NCBI GenBank assembly: GCA_963730095.1
Contig: CAVSQJ010000002.1
Coordinates: forward strand, 1,923,779 to 1,987,778
Length of the DNA: 64,000 nucleotides
From: an uncultured Acidobacteriota bacterium
GTDB lineage: Bacteria; Acidobacteriota; Vicinamibacteria; Vicinamibacterales; SCN-69-37
Direction: 5' to 3'
Part shown: positions 9,304 to 18,985 of the stretch, piece after piece
Numbering within the stretch: position 1 is the first letter of the stretch
Layout: each line of letters begins with the position of its first letter
Notes under the pieces: model-generated
What the model saw: the letters and a program-made list of their open reading frames with translations, nothing else
Database searches by the model: none
What the model was told of the DNA's origin: nothing
Made by a program: the position numbers and the translations under genes

Positions 9304-11403
9304 TTACTCGTCCTCTTCCTTCACCTCGCCGCGCTCGGCCTTGGATGCCGCGACGATCTTCGCGTGCAGGTGCGACGGCACCTCGTCGTAGTGCGAGAAC
9401 TCCATGTGGTACGACCCGCGGCCGCCGGTGGTTGACGTCAGCGTCTGCTCGTAGGTCAGCATCTCGGCCATCGGCACGGTCGCTTTGATGACCGTCGCGG
9501 CGCCGCGCGTGTCCATGCCCGCGATGCGGCCGCGGCGGCTGTTGAGGTCGCCCATGAGGTCGCCGGCGAAATCCGACGGCGCGTACACCTCGACGTTCAT
9601 GATCGGCTCGAGGATCGTCGGCTTGGCGCGCGACATGGCGTCGCGGAACGCGAGCCGCCCGGCGAGCTTGAACGCCATTTCGCTGGAGTCGACGTCGTGG
9701 TACGACCCGTCGGTCACGGTCACGCGGAAGTCGACGACGGGGTAGGTCGTCATGTAGCCGCGGACGCGCGTCTCCTGGATGCCCTTTTCGACCGCGGGCA
9801 CGAACTGGCGCGGAATCGAGCCGCCGAAGATGTCGTTCACGAACTCGAAGTCCTTGCCGCGCGGCAGCGGTTCCATGGTGATCTTGCAGTCGCCGAACTG
9901 GCCGTGGCCGCCCGTCTGCTTCTTGTGGCGGCCGTGCGCCTCGACTTTGGCGGTGATCGTCTCGCGGTACGGGATCCGCGGCGGCTTGAGGTTGACCTCG
10001 ACGCCGAATCGCCGGCGCAGCTTCGCGACCGTCACCTCGATGTGGAGCTGGCCCTGGCCCGGAGAGCAGCAGCTCGTGCGTCTGCGGATCGCGGTCGTAG
10101 CTGATCGACGGATCCTCCTCGCGCAGGCGCTGCATCGCGGGACCGATCTTGTCCTCGTCGCCGCGGCTCTTCGGCTCGATCGCGTACGCGAGCACGGGCT
10201 CGGGAAATGTCATCGGCGGAATCGTGAAGCCGGCCGTGCTTGTCGCCGAGCGTGTCGCCGGTGTGCGCGTCCTTCAGCTTCGCGACGGCGCCGAGATCGC
10301 CGGCGTGCATCTCGGGCACGTGCGTCTGCGTCTTGCCCTGCAGCGCGAGCAGATGACCCAGTCGCTCCGGCGCGTCGCGCGTGACGTTGTGCACCGTCGC
10401 GTCCGCCTTGACGACGCCAGAGACCACGCGAAACATCGTGATGCGGCCCGCGAACTGATCCGCGATCGTCTTCCACACCCAGAGGACGAGCGGGTCGCTG
10501 TCTTTGGCCGCGCGCGTGACGTCTTCGCCTCTGACGTTCTTGCCGGCCATCGGCCGCTCGGCGGGGGAGGGCACGTAGGTCACGAGTGCGTCGGCGAGCG
10601 GCTGCATGCCGATGTTTCGCAGGCCCGACGCGCAGTACACGGGAAACAGCTTGCCCGTCTGAAACGCGCGGGCCAGGCCGAGGGCGAGCTCCTCCTGCGA
10701 AAGCGTCCCCGCTTCGAAGAATTTCTCCATCAACGAGTCGTCGGCTTCGGCGACCATCTCGGTCAGCGCGTCGCGGCCGGCTTGCGCATCGGCGGCGAGC
10801 GCGTCGGGGATCGCTCCCTCGGTCATCTTGCCGGAGTCATCGCTGGCGAACGTGCAGGCCTTCATCGCGACGAGATCGACGACGCCCCTGAAATCCTTCT
10901 CCGCGCCAATCGGGAGCTGCACCGGGATGCACGCGCGGCCGAGCGTCTCGCGCATCGACGCCAGCGTGCGGTCGAGGCTGGCGCGCTCGCGGTCCAGCCG
11001 GTTGACGACGATCAGGCGCGGCAGCTGCAGCTCGTCGGCCGCGGCCCACGCTTTCTCGGTCGACACCTGGACGCCGCCGACGGCATCGACGACGACGACC
11101 GCCGCTTCGGCCACGCGCAGCCCGCGCCAGCGCCTCGGACAGGAAGTTGCCCATGCCCGGCGTGTCGATCAGATTGACTTTCGCTTTGTTCCACTCGATG
11201 TAGGCGAGCGACGCCGAGAGCGTGTGCTTTCGCGCAATCGCCTCATCGTCGTAGTCGGTGACCGTCGTGCCCTCGTCGACTCTCCCGAGCCGATTCACCG
11301 CGCCGGCATCGAAGAGCAGCGCCGAGACGAGCTGCGTCTTGCCCGATCCGCTGTGCCCCACGAGCGCTACGTTGCGGATGCCGGTCGCGTCAAAGACCTT
11401 CAT
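9304..11403 (-). CDS. elongation factor G family GTPase (paralogue; three frame breaks at ~11128, ~10232, ~10057)
   Basis: Four ORF pieces read consecutively. They are MKVFDATGIRNVALVGHSGSGKT...NLIDTPGMGNF; then LRVAEAAVVVVDAV...KLKDAHTGDTLGDKH; then FTIPPMTFPEPVLAYAIEPK...LLLSG; then QLHIEVTVAKLRRRFGVEV...GRGSYHMEFSHYDEVP. The gene is not in a str operon. Confidence 0.85.
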
Positions 11404-11440
11404 AACGGGGATTCCTCCGGTACCGGGGAATCATATCAAC

Positions 11441-11508
11441 GGCAATCGGGCAATGGAGGATCTGCGATGGCAGGGCCATTGCCGATCCCCCATTGCCGAT
11501 TGCCGATT
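11441..11508. repeat. GGCAATC/GGCAATG short-repeat hairpin
   Basis: Left arm GGCAATCGGGCAATGG (11441-11456). Right arm CCATTGCCGATCCCCCATTGCCGATTGCCGATT (11476-11508). The right arm overlaps the stop of the upstream permease gene. Confidence 0.8.
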
Positions 11509-12787
11509 ACTCGTACCTGAGCGCCTCGATCGGGTCGAGGCGCGACGCGCGGATGGCGGGCACCATCCCGAAGAACACGCCGACAAAGGCCGAGAAGCCG
11601 ATGCCGATCGCGAACGACCACCAGGGGAGCGAGACGGGGAAGCTGGTGAAGGTGTGAATCAAGAGCCCGATGAGGCTCCCGAGCGCGATGCCGAGAATGC
11701 CGCCGAAGGAGGTGAGCACGACGGCCTCGATCAGGAACTGCCAGAGGATCTCGACGCGGCGCGCGCCGAGTGCCTTGCGCACGCCGATCTCGCGCGTTCG
11801 TTCGGTCACGCTCATCGTCATGATGCTCATGACGCCGATGCCGCCGACCATGAGCGCGATCGACGACAGCACGACGAGCGCGAGAAATGCGCCCTGGCTG
11901 ACCTGATCCCACACCTGCAGGATCGCGTCCTGCGTGACCATGTCGAAGTCGTTCGGCTGGTCGAGCCGCAGCCCGTGCCGCACGCGCATCGTCGTCTCGA
12001 TCTCCGTGAGCACCTCGTCGCGGGGCACGCCCTCGCGCGGCACGGCGGAGATCTGCACGCTCCGAAGCTGGCCGCGGGCCTGATCGTTGGCCTTGATCCC
12101 AAAGTGCTTCTCGTACTCCGTGTACGGAATGATGACGAAGTCGTCCTGCCCGAGGTTGAAGCCGCCCGGGCTGGGCCGCTGGGCCATCACGCCGATCACT
12201 TCGTACGAGTCGAGGCCGATGCGCACGCTCTTCCCGATCGGATCCCCGTTGGGAAAGAGCGCCGTGTACGGCGTTTGCCCGAGGATCGCGACGTTGCGGT
12301 GGTGCTGCACTTCGGCGCTCGTGAAGAAGCGGCCTTCCTCGACCTCGAGCCGCACGGCGAACGGCCACCGCTCGGTCGTGCCAAAGACGATGATCGGCTT
12401 GGTGTGCGAATCTTTGTAGTACACACGCTGCATGGGCGCGCCGAAGCCGCCGCCGCCGAGCGTGATGTCGACAACCTCGATCGACGGCAATCGGCCGATT
12501 GCGTCGGCGTCGTCGACCGTCACGTTCGGGCGGCGGAGCAGGTCTTGCAGCTTGGCGCCCGAGCTCAGGCTCACGCCCGAGAACTTCGCGACGAAGATCG
12601 TGTCCGGTCCGATGCCGCGAATCAGGTCGCGGAAGGACTGATCGAATCCTCGGATGAGCGATGTCATGCCGACGATCGACGTGATGCCGATGACGACGCC
12701 GAGGACCGTGAGGGCCGAGCGGAGCTTGTTGCCGCGCAGCGTGTCCCACGCCATCGTCACGATCTCGAAGAAGAGGCCGCGTCGCAC
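11507..12787 (-). CDS. ABC-type efflux permease, MacB-like periplasmic core + FtsX domain (no ATPase domain)
   Basis: 426 aa with N-terminal TM (LRSALTVLGVVIGITSIVGM), a large periplasmic domain and a C-terminal 3-TM FtsX-type domain (...TREIGVRKALGARR...). Confidence 0.85.
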   Translation of the reverse strand: MRRGLFFEIVTMAWDTLRGNKLRSALTVLGVVIGITSIVGMTSLIRGFDQSFRDLIRGIGPDTIFVAKFSGVSLSSGAKLQDLLRRPNVTVDDADAIGRLPSIEVVDITLGGGGFGAPMQRVYYKDSHTKPIIVFGTTERWPFAVRLEVEEGRFFTSAEVQHHRNVAILGQTPYTALFPNGDPIGKSVRIGLDSYEVIGVMAQRPSPGGFNLGQDDFVIIPYTEYEKHFGIKANDQARGQLRSVQISAVPREGVPRDEVLTEIETTMRVRHGLRLDQPNDFDMVTQDAILQVWDQVSQGAFLALVVLSSIALMVGGIGVMSIMTMSVTERTREIGVRKALGARRVEILWQFLIEAVVLTSFGGILGIALGSLIGLLIHTFTSFPVSLPWWSFAIGIGFSAFVGVFFGMVPAIRASRLDPIEALRYE

Positions 12788-12790
12788 CGG

Positions 12791-14014
12791 TTACTCTCGC
12801 CTCAGCGCTTCGATGGGGTCGAGCGAGGCCGCCTGCGACGCCGGATACATGCCGAAGAACAGGCCCACGGCCACCGTCATGCCGATGCCCAGCGCCACCG
12901 ACCACGGCTCGATGATCGCCGGCAGCGGGCTGATCTTGCTGATGGCCCACGCGACCAGAAACCCGAGCCCGGTGCCGACGACGCCGCCGAAGGTCGAGAG
13001 CGTGACCGACTCGGTGAGGATCTGCCACAGGATGTCGCGCCGGCGCGCGCCGAGCGACTTGCGCAGCCCGATCTCGCGCGTGCGTTCCGTCACGACCATC
13101 AGCATGATGTTCATGATCACGATGCCGCCGACGACGAGCGAGAGGCTGACGACGCCGATGAGCACGGCAAAGATGCCCTGCGTCGCCGAGTTGTAGATAT
13201 TGAGCAGCGTGTCCGACGAAAGCACGCCGAAATTATCAGGCTGCTTCGGCCGGAGGCGGCGCTGGACGCGCATCGCCACCGTCGCTTCGTCGAGCGCCGT
13301 GGCCACGAGCGACGGATCGCGCGGCCGCACGGTGAGCTGCAGCGACTGCCGCGACCCGAACATCCGCACGAACGCGTCGAGCGGGACCACCGCGTACTCG
13401 TCCTGCGAGTTGCCGAAGATCGATCCCTTCTTGCCCGCGACGCCCAGCACCTCGAATCGCACGCCGTTGATCGTGATCATCTTGCCGACGGCGTCGAGCT
13501 CGCCAAACAGGTGATCCGCCGTGTCCCAGCCGAGCACCACGACGTGCCGGCCCGCGTCGAACTCGCTGGCCGTCGGCGTGCGGCCCTCTTCGACGTTGGT
13601 CGTCGGCAGCGCGATCCACTCCTTCGTCACGCCCTGGATCGACACGCTGTCCTGCGTCTGCTCGCGGAACTTGAGCTGCGCGCTCGAGCCGGCCTGCCCA
13701 ACGACGAGCGCGACCGACGGGCTGTTCCGGCGGATCGCATCCGCATCGTCGAGGGTCACGCGCGGGTTGCTCTGCGCGCGCTGTGCGTCATCGTCGGTGC
13801 GCGTGATGCCGACGCGGACCACCGTGAACGTGTCGACGCCGATGCCGGACTGGATCGCGTCCTTGACGCTCGAGTTCAGGCCCTGGACGAGCGACACCAC
13901 GGCGATGATTGACGTCACGGCGACGATGTTGCCGAGCACCGTGAGGAGCGATCGGAGCTTGTTCGCCCAGACCGCCTGCAGGGCGATCTGCGCCGATTCG
14001 AGGAACTGCTGCAT
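12791..14014 (-). CDS. ABC-type efflux permease, MacB-like periplasmic core + FtsX domain (paralogue)
   Basis: 407 aa with the same architecture (LRSLLTVLGNIVAVTSI...TREIGLRKSLGARR...). Lies 3 nt from the next gene. Confidence 0.85.
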   Translation of the reverse strand: MQQFLESAQIALQAVWANKLRSLLTVLGNIVAVTSIIAVVSLVQGLNSSVKDAIQSGIGVDTFTVVRVGITRTDDDAQRAQSNPRVTLDDADAIRRNSPSVALVVGQAGSSAQLKFREQTQDSVSIQGVTKEWIALPTTNVEEGRTPTASEFDAGRHVVVLGWDTADHLFGELDAVGKMITINGVRFEVLGVAGKKGSIFGNSQDEYAVVPLDAFVRMFGSRQSLQLTVRPRDPSLVATALDEATVAMRVQRRLRPKQPDNFGVLSSDTLLNIYNSATQGIFAVLIGVVSLSLVVGGIVIMNIMLMVVTERTREIGLRKSLGARRRDILWQILTESVTLSTFGGVVGTGLGFLVAWAISKISPLPAIIEPWSVALGIGMTVAVGLFFGMYPASQAASLDPIEALRRE

Positions 14015-14020
14015 GAACCC

Positions 14021-15355
14021 TTACGTGCGGGCGGGCGGCGTGGTCTCGATCTTCACCGCGTCGCCGTCCTTCAAGCTCCGGACGGAGGCAAACGGCCCGG
14101 TGATCACCTGGTCGCCCTCCTTCAAGCCGTCGAGCACCTCGAAGTACTTCTCGCCGGCGATGCCGGACTTGACGGCGGTGTACACCGCGTGGCCGTCGCG
14201 GACGACGAACACGCCCTCGATCTCCTTGCGGGCCTGGCCGGGCTTGAGCGCGTCGGTGCCCGTGCCGACCCGGCGTGGCGCCGGGCCGCCGCGTCCGGGA
14301 GCCGGCGTGTCGTGCACGATCTGGCCTTCCTGATCGAGCGTGACCTCGCGCAGCGTCATCGCCTGGATCGGCACCGACACGACCTTCTGCCGCGTGGCCG
14401 TCGTGATCGTCGCCGTGCACGTGAAGCCCGGCCGGACACTCGGCACCTGGCCATCGATCGTGACCTTCACGAGGAAGTTCGTCGCGCGCGTTGTCGAGCC
14501 GGCGGCCGCGGCAATCGGGCTGTTGCCGACCTCGGTCACCTTGCCCGGGAACGTCTGGTTGGGCAGCGCGTCGATCGTGATCTTCGCCGGCTGGCCGATT
14601 TTCACCGACGGAATATCCGTCTCATCGACCTCGATCTCCGCGCGAATCACCGACATGTCCGCCACCGTGATGAGCGCCATCGTCTGGAACTGATTGCCGC
14701 TGACCATTTCACCCATGTCCACGTCGCGCTTGGTGACGACGCCGTCGATGGGCGAGAGGATGCGCACCTTGCTGAGGTCGTACTGCGCGTTCTGCAGCAG
14801 CGCTTCCTGCTGCGCAATCCGGGTCAGCTGCGTCTTGAGCGACTGCTCGACCTGGGCGACGGTCGCCACGCGCGACGCCAGGTCGTTTTCCGCGGCGTCG
14901 TACTGGTCGCGCGACGTGAGGCCACTCTTCATCAGCCCCTGCTGCCGGGTGAACGTGGCCTGCGACTGCGTCAGCGCGGCCTTCGCGCTTTCGAGGGAAC
15001 GCTTCGTCTCCTCGAGCTGCGAGCGCGCGGCGTCAAGGCTGGCGTTCTGGCTGTCGACCTGGATCTGCAGGTTGCGCGGGTCGATCTGCATCAGGAACTG
15101 GCCCTTCTTCACGACGTCGCCTTCCTGCGCGTCGAGCCCGACCACTTCGCCTGCCGCGGGCGCGCCGACGTTCACCGACCGCACCGGCTGGATCGTGCCG
15201 CTCGCCGAGACGACGGCCTCGAGGTCGCGCTTCTCGATCTTCTCCGCGGCAATCGACGTGCCGGTCTTCCGCGAGAACGCGAGGTTGGCGTAGACGATGG
15301 CGCCGAGCAGCACCACGCCGATCAAGCCGATCAGAATCTTCTTGTTTCGTGACAT
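14021..15355 (-). CDS. HlyD/MacA-type periplasmic adaptor (membrane fusion protein)
   Basis: 444 aa with an N-terminal anchor, a lipoyl-like motif (GEVVGLDAQEGDVVKKGQFLMQID), a long coiled-coil hairpin and beta-barrel domains. Confidence 0.85.
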   Translation of the reverse strand: MSRNKKILIGLIGVVLLGAIVYANLAFSRKTGTSIAAEKIEKRDLEAVVSASGTIQPVRSVNVGAPAAGEVVGLDAQEGDVVKKGQFLMQIDPRNLQIQVDSQNASLDAARSQLEETKRSLESAKAALTQSQATFTRQQGLMKSGLTSRDQYDAAENDLASRVATVAQVEQSLKTQLTRIAQQEALLQNAQYDLSKVRILSPIDGVVTKRDVDMGEMVSGNQFQTMALITVADMSVIRAEIEVDETDIPSVKIGQPAKITIDALPNQTFPGKVTEVGNSPIAAAAGSTTRATNFLVKVTIDGQVPSVRPGFTCTATITTATRQKVVSVPIQAMTLREVTLDQEGQIVHDTPAPGRGGPAPRRVGTGTDALKPGQARKEIEGVFVVRDGHAVYTAVKSGIAGEKYFEVLDGLKEGDQVITGPFASVRSLKDGDAVKIETTPPART

Positions 15356-15362
15356 TCAGGGT

Positions 15363-16088
15363 CTACCTTGTGCTGAGAAACGTTGCCACGCCCGCCGCGA
15401 ACAACCCGTACAGAATGAGCAGCGTGGTCGCGATCGTGGTCGTGTTGCGCTTGTAGAGCACGCCCAGGCCGATCGCCACGACGACGATGCCCCAGATCGT
15501 GAAGGGATTGATGAAACCGAGGAAGCCGACGAGGAAGCTCTTCTCGTCGAGCGTCGGCACGAGCGCCGCCAGGGTAAACGGGCCCTGCGACGACATGGTG
15601 CCCTTGAGGTACTGAATCGGCGCCCCGAGTATTACGCCGACGGCGCCGACGACCATCGAATGGGTCACGACGGCGAGCACCTGCTTGAAGACCGCCGTGC
15701 CTCCCATGATGACGTTGAAGACGAACCAGTAGATGCCCGCGATGATCATCGCGATGATCGGCGACGCGATGAAGATCGAGGCGATCGTGAAGTAGGCGCT
15801 GTACTTGCTGCGCGCCTGCATCTGCGCGTACATCTCGTCGCTCGCCGGCTGGCCGGTGAACTTCTCGACCTGTTGGATCTGCATGTCGAGCACGGCCTGC
15901 CGGCCGCTCTCGGTGAACTGCGGCAGCCCCGTCGCGAGGGCGATGACCAGCACGCAGAGAAACAGGATGCCGACGGGCCTCGGATGCTGGACCACAGCTT
16001 CGTAGGTCTTGCGCGGCGAGGTCAGAATGCCAATGGCCCGCGCGAGCAGACCTGGCTCCGGGGCGGCGGTCGGGATCGTGTCGGTCAT
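15363..16088 (-). CDS. Yip1-family polytopic membrane protein
   Basis: 241 aa with ~5 TM helices and the motif ...LTSPRKTYEAV.... First gene of the adaptor/permease operon, 7-nt gap to the adaptor gene. Family call is by resemblance only. Confidence 0.6.
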   Translation of the reverse strand: MTDTIPTAAPEPGLLARAIGILTSPRKTYEAVVQHPRPVGILFLCVLVIALATGLPQFTESGRQAVLDMQIQQVEKFTGQPASDEMYAQMQARSKYSAYFTIASIFIASPIIAMIIAGIYWFVFNVIMGGTAVFKQVLAVVTHSMVVGAVGVILGAPIQYLKGTMSSQGPFTLAALVPTLDEKSFLVGFLGFINPFTIWGIVVVAIGLGVLYKRNTTTIATTLLILYGLFAAGVATFLSTR

Positions 16089-16216
16089 GGGGCTGGCACC
16101 TCAGGCGGGTCGTCGGCGCGACGACTGATCCTCCAATTGTACCGCCGCGAACAGAATTACGAAGATCGGTGGGCCGAAGGTTCCCGCGGACCTGCGGGCC
16201 TGATACGCTCAGGCGC

Positions 16217-17200
16217 ATGTTCCGGCGCGCCTCCCGGCTCTCGGCGCTCGCGCTGCTTGCCGGGCTCATGGCGCCGGCAGCCGCGGACGCCCAGCTCGTC
16301 TTCGAGTCGGTGGGCATGCGGGCCCTCGGCATGGCCGGCGCCTTCGTCGCCGTCGCAGATGACGCCACAGCGACCTTCTGGAACCCGGCCGGCCTGCCGT
16401 CCGGGGGGCCTGCCGGGATGACAGTTGAGTGGAACCGATTTCAAACTGGTAACCAGAAGGCCCCGCCAACGCCCGGCCCTTCCCTCGGTACGGCCTCCTT
16501 TGTGAGTCTGGGCACATGGCCGGTCGGCGTTTCCTACGGCCGGTTCCAGACGTCCTGGCTGGCCCCTGGGACTCCCGGGCACCCCTTCGGGGAGTCACTC
16601 CAGGTCTTCCAGGCGGGCGGGACGATCGTCCAGACCGTGGCGCCAGGCGTGGTCGTCGGGACGACCCTCAAGTACCTCCACGGCACCTTCGTGACGGCCG
16701 CGTCTGGCGGGCCTACAGTGGGCGACGCCCTCAGCCAGGCCGGGGACCTGGATGGCGACGGTGAGAGCAAGTTCGACCTCGACGTCGGCGTGATGGCCGA
16801 CATGCATAAAGTTCGGCTGGGCCTGACATCGCGGAATCTGACAGATCCGCATTTCACGGATGCGGCAGGAAATGTGATCCCCCTCCAGCGGCAAACGCGT
16901 GCGGGCGCAGCCTTTCTCCCGACGTCTGGCCTGACCCTTGCTATGGATGTCGACCTGAACACGGTCGACCTCCGGGACGGCCTTCGTCGGATGATCGCTC
17001 TGGGTGGCGAGAGCCGCTTGGGGTCGCACGTCGCCCTGCGGGGCGGCGTTCGATGGAACCTGGAAGGGGACCATCAACAGGTAGGCGCCATCGGGTTGGG
17101 CGTCGGACTGCGATCACGCCTCTGGCTCGACGGGTACTACACCCAGGGCCGGCGCGACGAAGACCGCGGGTTTGGTATCGGGCTTCGCGCCGGTTACTAG
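16217..17200 (+). CDS. outer-membrane beta-barrel protein (FadL/PorV-like N-terminal motif)
   Basis: ATG at 16217 and signal peptide ...LMAPAAADA. Motif GMAGAFVAVADDATATFWNPAGL. Alternating beta-strand pattern with C-terminal ...GIGLRAGY. Lies 33 nt upstream of pilB. Confidence 0.65.
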   Translation: MFRRASRLSALALLAGLMAPAAADAQLVFESVGMRALGMAGAFVAVADDATATFWNPAGLPSGGPAGMTVEWNRFQTGNQKAPPTPGPSLGTASFVSLGTWPVGVSYGRFQTSWLAPGTPGHPFGESLQVFQAGGTIVQTVAPGVVVGTTLKYLHGTFVTAASGGPTVGDALSQAGDLDGDGESKFDLDVGVMADMHKVRLGLTSRNLTDPHFTDAAGNVIPLQRQTRAGAAFLPTSGLTLAMDVDLNTVDLRDGLRRMIALGGESRLGSHVALRGGVRWNLEGDHQQVGAIGLGVGLRSRLWLDGYYTQGRRDEDRGFGIGLRAGY

Positions 17201-17233
17201 CCTCCCCTGAAACGGCCGTGTGCTTGATGACAC

Positions 17234-18985
17234 ATGGCCATTCGTCTCGGTGAGTTGCTGCTTCGTGAGAAGCGCGTCACGCCTGCGCAGTTGCAGGAGG
17301 CGCTGAACTACCAGAAGGCCAATGGCGGCCGGCTCGCTGCCAGTCTGGTCAAGCTCGGCATTCTCCGCGACGAAGACATCACCTCGATTCTGAGCCGCCA
17401 GTACGGCGTGCCCTCGATCAACCTCAAGGAGTACGACCTCGATCCGGCGATCGTCCGGCTGGTGCCCGGCGAGACGGCGACCAAGCACAACCTCATTCCG
17501 GTCGGTCGCAACGGCACGACGCTCACGCTCGCGATGACCGACCCGACGAACATCTTCGCGATGGACGAGGTGAAGTTCATCACGGGCCTGCACGTCGAGC
17601 CGGTGGTCGCCTCGGAAACGGCGATCCGCGACGCCGTGGCGAAGTACTTCGGCAAGATTGTCAACGGCACGTCGGGCCCGAGAGGGCAGGGCGCGTCACC
17701 TGACCTCGTCACCAAGGCGCTCGAGGACTTCGGCTCCGAGGACGCGGGCCTCGTCGAGGTCGTCGCCGACGCGGAAGAGATCGACGCCGCGTCTCTCGAG
17801 AAGGCCAGCGGCGAAGCGCCGATCATCCGGCTCGTCAACGCCCTCATGCTCTCGGCGATTCAGAAGGGCGCGAGCGACATCCACGTCGAGCCGTACGAAA
17901 AGGACATGCGGATCCGGTTCCGCATCGACGGCGTGCTCCAGGCGGTGATGGCGCCGGCGCTCAAGTATCGCGATCCGATCATCTCGCGCATCAAGATCAT
18001 GGCGCGGCTCGACATCGCCGAAAAGCGCCTCCCGCAGGACGGCCGCATCAAAGCGCGCTTCAACGACCAGAACAAGCTCCGCGAGATCGATTTCCGCGTG
18101 TCGGTCCTGCCGACGCTGTTCGGCGAAAAGGTCGTCATGCGTATTCTGGACTCGGGCAAGCTGCAGCTCGACATGACGAAGCTCGGCTTTTCGCCCGAGT
18201 CGCTGACGCGATTCGACGTCGCGATCAAGAAGCCGTGGGGCATGGTGCTCGTCACCGGGCCCACCGGCAGCGGAAAGACGAACACGCTCTACTCGGCGCT
18301 CTCGCAGCTCAACCAGCCCGGCGTGAACATCATGACCGCCGAGGATCCGGTCGAGTTCAACCTGCAGGGCGTCAACCAGGTGCTCGTGCGCGAGGGCATC
18401 GGCCTGAACTTCGCGGCCGTGCTGCGCTCGTTCCTGCGGCAGGACCCCAACATCATCCTGGTCGGCGAGATCCGCGACGGCGAGACGGCCTCGATCGGCG
18501 TCAAGGCCGCGCTCACCGGGCACCTCGTGCTTTCGACGCTCCACACGAACGACGCGCCGAGCAGCATCAACCGGCTCGTGAACATGGGCATCGAGCCCTT
18601 TCTCGTCGCTAACTCCGTGAACCTCATCGTGGCGCAGCGCCTCGTGCGCCGCGTGTGCGAGCAGTGCAAGCATCCGGTGCAGGTGCCGATGGCCAAGCTC
18701 GTCGAGGCCGGGTGGGACGGCCCGACCACCGGCAGCCACGTGACCGGCGCGCAGGGCCGCGGGTGCGACCGCTGCGGCGGCACGGGCTACAAGGGCCGCG
18801 TCGGGTTGTTCGAGGTGATGGAGATGAACGAGCCGCTTCGCGAGATGGTCATCGCGAACGCGTCGGTCATGGATTTGAAGAGGACGGCCATGGCCGAGGG
18901 CATGCTGCCGCTGCGCCAGGCCGGCTTGAGGAAAGTCGCGGAAGGGATGACCACGATCGAGGAAGTGGTCCGGGAGACGATCTGA
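17234..18985 (+). CDS. pilB: type IV pilus assembly ATPase PilB (GspE family)
   Basis: 583 aa with an N-terminal MshEN-like domain, Walker A GPTGSGKT, a tetracysteine motif (CEQCK...CDRCGGTGY) and a GspE signature. Confidence 0.93.
   Translation: MAIRLGELLLREKRVTPAQLQEALNYQKANGGRLAASLVKLGILRDEDITSILSRQYGVPSINLKEYDLDPAIVRLVPGETATKHNLIPVGRNGTTLTLAMTDPTNIFAMDEVKFITGLHVEPVVASETAIRDAVAKYFGKIVNGTSGPRGQGASPDLVTKALEDFGSEDAGLVEVVADAEEIDAASLEKASGEAPIIRLVNALMLSAIQKGASDIHVEPYEKDMRIRFRIDGVLQAVMAPALKYRDPIISRIKIMARLDIAEKRLPQDGRIKARFNDQNKLREIDFRVSVLPTLFGEKVVMRILDSGKLQLDMTKLGFSPESLTRFDVAIKKPWGMVLVTGPTGSGKTNTLYSALSQLNQPGVNIMTAEDPVEFNLQGVNQVLVREGIGLNFAAVLRSFLRQDPNIILVGEIRDGETASIGVKAALTGHLVLSTLHTNDAPSSINRLVNMGIEPFLVANSVNLIVAQRLVRRVCEQCKHPVQVPMAKLVEAGWDGPTTGSHVTGAQGRGCDRCGGTGYKGRVGLFEVMEMNEPLREMVIANASVMDLKRTAMAEGMLPLRQAGLRKVAEGMTTIEEVVRETI

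Noticed and set aside
11258-13912. 884-aa plus-strand ORF across the two efflux permease genes. Similar long antisense ORFs occur at 52406-55591, 17696-18991, 26917-28497, 36049-37809, 35088-36329, 5940-7154 and 18787-19884.
   Set aside because: All are Arg/Asp/His/Ala-rich with no domains. Each lies opposite a gene with clear family motifs, so they are GC-driven spurious ORFs.
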